Shown here in pieces: positions 57,495 through 64,000 of a stretch of DNA of 64,000 nucleotides (positions are counted from its first letter, which is position 1; each line of letters opens with the position of its first letter). Both the position numbers and the translations under genes were made by a program. Source of the DNA: the human T2T-CHM13v2.0 reference genome, Homo sapiens. The notes beneath the pieces were generated by a model. It saw only the letters and a program-made list of their open reading frames with translations. It was not told the DNA's origin and did not search any database. The stretch lies in assembly GCF_009914755.1 (NCBI RefSeq), contig NC_060931.1, one strand, 5' to 3'.

Positions 57495-57990
57495 TGTAGC
57501 ACAAACTGCTGCTGAGCTAGCTACCAAGCTATTCCCTCCCTCTTCTCTCTTGCCAGCCTGTCTCTTTTGAGACTTAAATACAAAGGAAGATACTCTCTTT
57601 CTCAGCCCCCGCTGCAGCTCTGGGTGGTTATGTAAGCCAAGGTCTAGCCAATAACATGTAAAGATAAAGGGTGGAGCTTTCTATTTTATGCTTCAAGAAA
57701 GATTTTTCCAGATATGCTTCTGGAAAGATTTTCTTAGCCTGCTTTGATAAGTATTCCCTCACTCTGAATACAGTCACATTTTTTCACAACTCAGGGGACA
57801 GCAAAGCTAAGGACCAGAACTCAACACACTGAGAAGAACAGAACAGAAAGACAGAGAAAGTCTAGGTCTTGACAATAGTATTCAGCCTCTATACCAAACT
57901 TGGAACTATCTAAGACTTACTACATGAGATAATCACGTCTGTCTTGTTTAAGCCAGTACTACTAAAGTGTTGTACCTCATGTAACAGCAT
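57495..57990 (+). mobile_element. MLT1-family (MaLR) solo LTR
   Basis: tctcagcccccgctgcagctctgggtggttatgtaagccaaggtctagccaat...cttgtttaagcca. Confidence 0.7.
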
Positions 57991-58769
57991 CACTACCACC
58001 CTGCAGACTGTTAGAACTGAAAAATGTTAGGTCTATCCTAGACCTTCTGAACTCTCAAGGAATGGGCTGAAGAACAGTTCAAGCATGATGGAGAAGCAAA
58101 TTAAACATTTGTCCTGAGAGGGAAAAAAAAAAACAGTTCAAGCAATTCTCCCACTTCGGCCTCCCGAGTAGCTGGGACTACAGGCATGCACCACCATACC
58201 TGGCTAATTTTTGTATTTTTTGGAGAGATAGGGTATCGCCATGTTGGCCAGGCTGGTCTCAAACTCCTGACCTCAGGTGATCTGCCCACCTTGGTCTCCC
58301 AAAGTGCTGGTACTACAGGCCTGAGCCACCATGCCCAGCCAAGAACGCATTTTCAGTAGCTTAAGTATCACACCAAAGTTTGAGAACTACGGACTATTAT
58401 TACAATTTCGCTACATAACGGCTGAAAGCACTCATAACTAGTATGTATCAACCTCAACATGTCATTTAAATGTACAAGGCTACCTACCACTTCAAGATTT
58501 CCGTGCAAATTCTGCAAGACATTATGTAAAGCAATTAGCCCAGTGTCAAGTACATACAGATAGATATTTAACAACTGTTTAGTTTTTTCTCCTGAATCTT
58601 ACTTTCAGCTGTTACAAGATTATACAGGGATTGCTTTAGTGTTCGGTATCACTTTTGTAATAGTTATCCTTTAGCTATTTTGACTGGATAATTAAAAAAC
58701 AAATAAGGCCGGGCGCACTGGCTCATGCCTGTAATCCCAGCACTCTGGGAGGCCGAGACAGGTGGATCA

Positions 58770-59026
<257 letters not shown>

Positions 59027-59177
59027 TCATTACAGCGAGGACTTGGATTAAACATGTCTGAGGCCGGGCGCAGTGACTCACGCCTGTAATCCCAACTCTG
59101 GGAGGCTGAAGTAGGCATATCACCCGAGGTCGAGAGTTCAAGACCAGCCTGACCAACATGGAGAGAACCCGTCTCTA

Positions 59178-59573
<396 letters not shown>

Positions 59574-59697
59574 TAGCCAGGATGGTCTCGATCTCCTGAA
59601 CTCGTGATCCACCTGCCTCAGCCTCCCAGAGTGCTGGGATTACAGGTGTGAGCTACCACGCCCGGCCTGCAAGTCTTTTCAACATAGTAACAATTAT

Positions 59698-59763
59698 GTG
59701 CTCACTTTGTCAGCACATATAATGAAACTGGAATAATATGGAGAAGATTAGCATGGTCATTGC
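59698..59763 (+). pseudogene. 3'-truncated U6 snRNA retropseudogene (about U6 nt 1-66)
   Basis: GTGCTCACTTTGTCAGCACATATAATGAAACTGGAATAATATGGAGAAGATTAGCATGG matches the U6 5' end at 49 of 59 positions by hand alignment; the ACAGAGA box is mutated. Confidence 0.92.
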
Positions 59764-60816
59764 ATGGGCTGGGCACAGTGGTTCATGCCTGTAATCCCAG
59801 CACTTTGGAAGGCCAAGAGAATAGTTTAGGAGTTAGAGACCAGCTGGGGCAACATGGTGAAATCCCATCTCTACAAAACATACAAAAAATTAGTCAGGCA
59901 TGGTGGCGCACACCTGTGGTCCCAGCTACATGGAGGGTGACATGAGAGGATCGCTTGAGCCCAGGAGGTAGAGGTTGCAATGAGCCAAGATCGCGAAACT
60001 GCACTATTCCAGCATGGATGACAGACTAAGACCCTGTCTCCGAAAAATAAAAAAAGAAAAGAAAAATCAAAACCAAAAAGACAAAATAACAGAATTATCA
60101 AAAAAGGATGAAAAAGACAAAGGACAGACCAGTACAACAAAGTGTTGCAATTATTACAATACTAAAACATTCTCAGTGATGAATGTGGTTCTAAAATTTG
60201 GTTCAAGGCCAAGAGTGATGGCACATGCCTGCAGTCCCAGCTACTCAGAAGGCTGAGGTGGGCGGACGGCTTAAGCCAGGGAGTCCAAGGCTACATACAG
60301 TGAGCTATGACTGCACCACTGCACTCTAGACTCTGTGACAGAACAAAACCCTGTCTCTAAACAAATAAATAAAAATAAAATTTAGTCCTTATGATAATTG
60401 ATGGGAGGCCAAGGTGGGTGGATCATCTGAAGTCAGGAGTTTGAGACCAGCCTGGCCAAAATGGTGAAACCCTGTCTCTACCAAAAATACAAAAAACTAG
60501 CCGGGCGTGGTGGTGCACACCTGTAGTCCCAGCTACTCAGAAGGCTGAGGTGGGAGAATCACTTGAACACGGGAGAATGAGGTTGCAGTGAGCCAAGATT
60601 GCGCACTGCACTCCAGCCTTGGCGACAGAGTGAGACTCCATCTCAAAAAAACAAAACCAAGAAAACACACAAGTATTAACGTAAAGTATTAATACTTAAC
60701 ATTAAATATAATACTAAATATAACACAGTTTTACACACATAGAAATGTGTTCTGTAACCTACGATGACAGCTCTAATTCTGATGGTAAGTCAAATCAGAA
60801 ACGAACAGGCACTCAC

Positions 60817-60961
60817 CTCGAAGTCACACTCTTCTCCCACAGCATATTTGGTCATGATCTCCAACCAAGCAGTATCTACTAACTTCTCTAAGGAGGCTGT
60901 GTTATGGTGAACCATTTCCAGAACAAGCTTCTCATACCAGGCAGGAAACTCCTCCTTCAAA
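60817..60961 (-). CDS. BAZ1B: BAZ1B exon 3 (145 nt), WAC domain: LKEEFPAWYEKLVLEMVHHNTASLEKLVDTAWLEIMTKYAVGEECDFE
   Basis: atttag|TTTGAAG acceptor; TTCGAG|gtgagt donor. Confidence 0.97.
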
Positions 60962-61315
60962 CTAAATAAATGTAATTAGTTATCAAGAAAACACAGAAAC
61001 ACCTACCCAGAGATTTAATTCAAGTCAATTCAAACATTTCTTTCTTTCTTTTCCAAACATTTCAAACATTTATCGCTCTGTCACCAAGGCTGGAGTGCAG
61101 TGGCACAATCATAGCTCACTAGCCTCCACCTCCTGGGCTCGAACAATCCTCCTACCTCTCAGGTAGCTGGGACCACAGGCATGCACCACTGCACCTAACC
61201 TCTTTTAAGACTTAACTTTTGGGCAGGGCGCGGTGGCTCACGCCTGTATTCCCAGCACTTTGGGAGGCCGAGGCGGGTGGATCACGAGGTCAGGAGATCA
61301 AGACCATCCTGGCTA

Positions 61316-61648
<333 letters not shown>

Positions 61649-61651
61649 TCA

Positions 61652-61846
<195 letters not shown>

Positions 61847-62731
61847 TTACGAGTTTTAGGTTCACAGCAAAACAACACTGCTTTAGCAAATATACGTAAA
61901 GCACTGGGGAATACAAAGATTAAAAAAAAACATGCAGTTTGCTGGACACAGTGGGTCCCAGCACTTTGAAAGGCACAGGTGGGAGGATTGCTTGAGCCCA
62001 GGAGTTTGAGACCAGCCTGGCCAACAGAGTGAGAACCTGCCTCTATAAAAAACTAAAATAATTAGCTGGGTGAGGTGGCATGCACCTATAGTTCCAGCTA
62101 CGTAAGAGGCTGAGGCAAGAGGCTGGCTTGATCCCAGGAGCTATGTGCATACCACTGCACTCCACCCTGGGCAACAGAGCGAAACTGTGCCTCTTAAAAA
62201 AAAGGAAACCAGGAAGCGTTAACATGTTGGAAACGTGACTTGAACACCAGAGCTGTTGCAAAAGGACAGCAATGATTTAACACTTTTCACTTATTAAACT
62301 AGCAAAAAAAAAAAAAAATTTAATTATCATACCCGGTTGGGTGCAGTGGTTCACGCCTGTAATCCCAGCACTTTGGGAGGCCGAAATGAGCAGGTCGCTT
62401 GAGGTCAGGAGTTCGAGACCAGCCTGGCTAACATGGTGAAACCCCATCTCTACTAAAAACACAAAAATTAGCCAGGCGTGGTGGTGAGCGCCTGTAGACC
62501 CAGCTACTCAGGAGGCTGAGGCACGAGAATCACTTGAACCCAGGAGATAGAGGTTACAGTGGGCCGAAATCGTGCCCCTGCATTCCAGCCTGGGCAACAG
62601 AGTGAGACTCCATCTCAAAAATAAAAATAAGAATAAGGGCCAGGCGCGGTAGCTCACGCCTGTAATCCCAGCACTTTGGGAGGCCAAGGCGGGAGGATCA
62701 CGAGGTCAGGAGATTGAGACCATCCTGGCTA

Positions 62732-62949
<218 letters not shown>

Positions 62950-63225
62950 TTACCAGAGTACTTACAAGGTCAAAGTATGGAGCAGGAACACTCAAAGGCC
63001 TGGTAAATACCTAAACAAGTGCACCTATAACTAAATAAATATTCCATATTGCTACTGCAAAATGCCATTAGGCAAAGGAACCCAGAAACCCATACAGTAC
63101 ACTAATGTAATATAGTCTAATTTGTGCCCCATAAACTTAAATACACATACTGCTTTAGGGTTAATATTCCCTCCTTTCCTAACAATGTGAAGATGGTGGC
63201 AAAGAGCAATACTTCCATTACTTAC

Positions 63226-63342
63226 AGCTCAGCAACTTCCTGTTCTTCCTCCCAGGCTTCCTTGTGTGTTAGCTGACTGCTTCCAGTACTCTTGCACGTC
63301 CAAATGCGCTCACTGTACCTTTCCAAGCGGGCTTCATACTCT
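63226..63342 (-). CDS. BAZ1B: BAZ1B exon 2 (117 nt), WAC domain: (E)EYEARLERYSERIWTCKSTGSSQLTHKEAWEEEQEVAE(L)
   Basis: ccaacag|AGAGTAT acceptor; GAGCT|gtaagt donor; phase 2-2. Confidence 0.97.
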
Positions 63343-63354
63343 CTGTTGGCAGTA

Positions 63355-63365
63355 GTTCAGGAAAA
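63355..63365 (-). promoter_or_regulatory. U12-type (minor spliceosome) branch-point-like sequence at the end of intron 1
   Basis: TTTTCCTGAAC versus consensus TTTTCCTTAAC, with the branch A about 14 nt before exon 2 and no polypyrimidine tract in between. Confidence 0.6.
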
Positions 63366-63651
63366 CAATATGCAAGCAACAGAGACGACAAACCCATACC
63401 CATAAGATACTTATATACAGAAAAAAATCTAGTCTCCTTTTTAAAATGTGTAGCATGAGAGGATAAAAATGGAATTGGAGGCCGGGCGCAGTGGTTCACG
63501 CCTGTAATCCCAGCACTTTGGGAGGCCGAGGCGGGCGGATCACGAGGTCAGATCGAGACCAGCCTGGCTAACACGGTGAAACCCCGTGTCTACTAAAAAT
63601 ACAAAAAATTAGCTGTGAGTGGTTGTGGGCGCCTGTAGTCCCAGCTACTCA

Positions 63652-63753
<102 letters not shown>

Positions 63754-64000
63754 TCAAAAACTAAAAAAAATAAAAAAAAATGAAAAAAATGGAATCAGGG
63801 CCCAAAGCAAGATGACTAAGACTGAAGTATAATGAGAATGGATTGTCATGGGCTGGGCACCTGCATGGGATTTACAGACTGGGATGATCACGTCTCTAAT
63901 CTCAGCATTTTGAGAGGCCACGGCAGGACAATCACTTGAGACCAGGAGTTCGAGACCAGCCTGGGCAACATGATGAGACCTCATCTCTACAAAAAATAAA

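Noticed and set aside
60100-60125. aaggatga after the Alu as a possible continuation of the U6 pseudogene
   Set aside because: Only about 8 nt match U6 and the following sequence diverges completely.

Overview
Primate (almost certainly human, 7q11.23 Williams-Beuren region) genomic DNA lying entirely inside BAZ1B (WSTF), transcribed on the minus strand. I mapped 14 consecutive GT-AG coding exons (exons 2-15, counting the ATG exon as 1). They total 3,621 nt, join in frame, and encode about residues 36-1243: most of the WAC/atypical tyrosine kinase region, the DDT domain, the WHIM/WSD motifs and the PHD finger. Exon 1 and the bromodomain exons lie outside the window. The introns are very Alu-dense (roughly 80 full or partial Alus by eye) and also carry old L1, L2, MIR, LTR (MER21, LTR33, MLT1), DNA-transposon (Tigger2, MER47, MER20, MER5A) and U6-pseudogene sequence. 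Almost all short ORFs in the supplied track are Alu translation artefacts. I found no novel protein-coding gene. The best candidate for undescribed biology is a splicing-control layer of BAZ1B. (1) A 125-nt GC-rich, apparently non-repeat cassette exon candidate in intron 6 (35312-35436) has strong splice sites and a premature stop. It can fold into a multi-stem structure that competes with a G-quadruplex overlapping its 5' splice site. (2) Intron 1 ends with a U12-type branch site. (3) Six consecutive exons start with GT, and two of them rebuild strong donors after splicing. (4) Inverted Alus bracket exons 8-13 and predict a circRNA. All of these are predictions from sequence alone. Repeat family names and boundaries are by-eye approximations.
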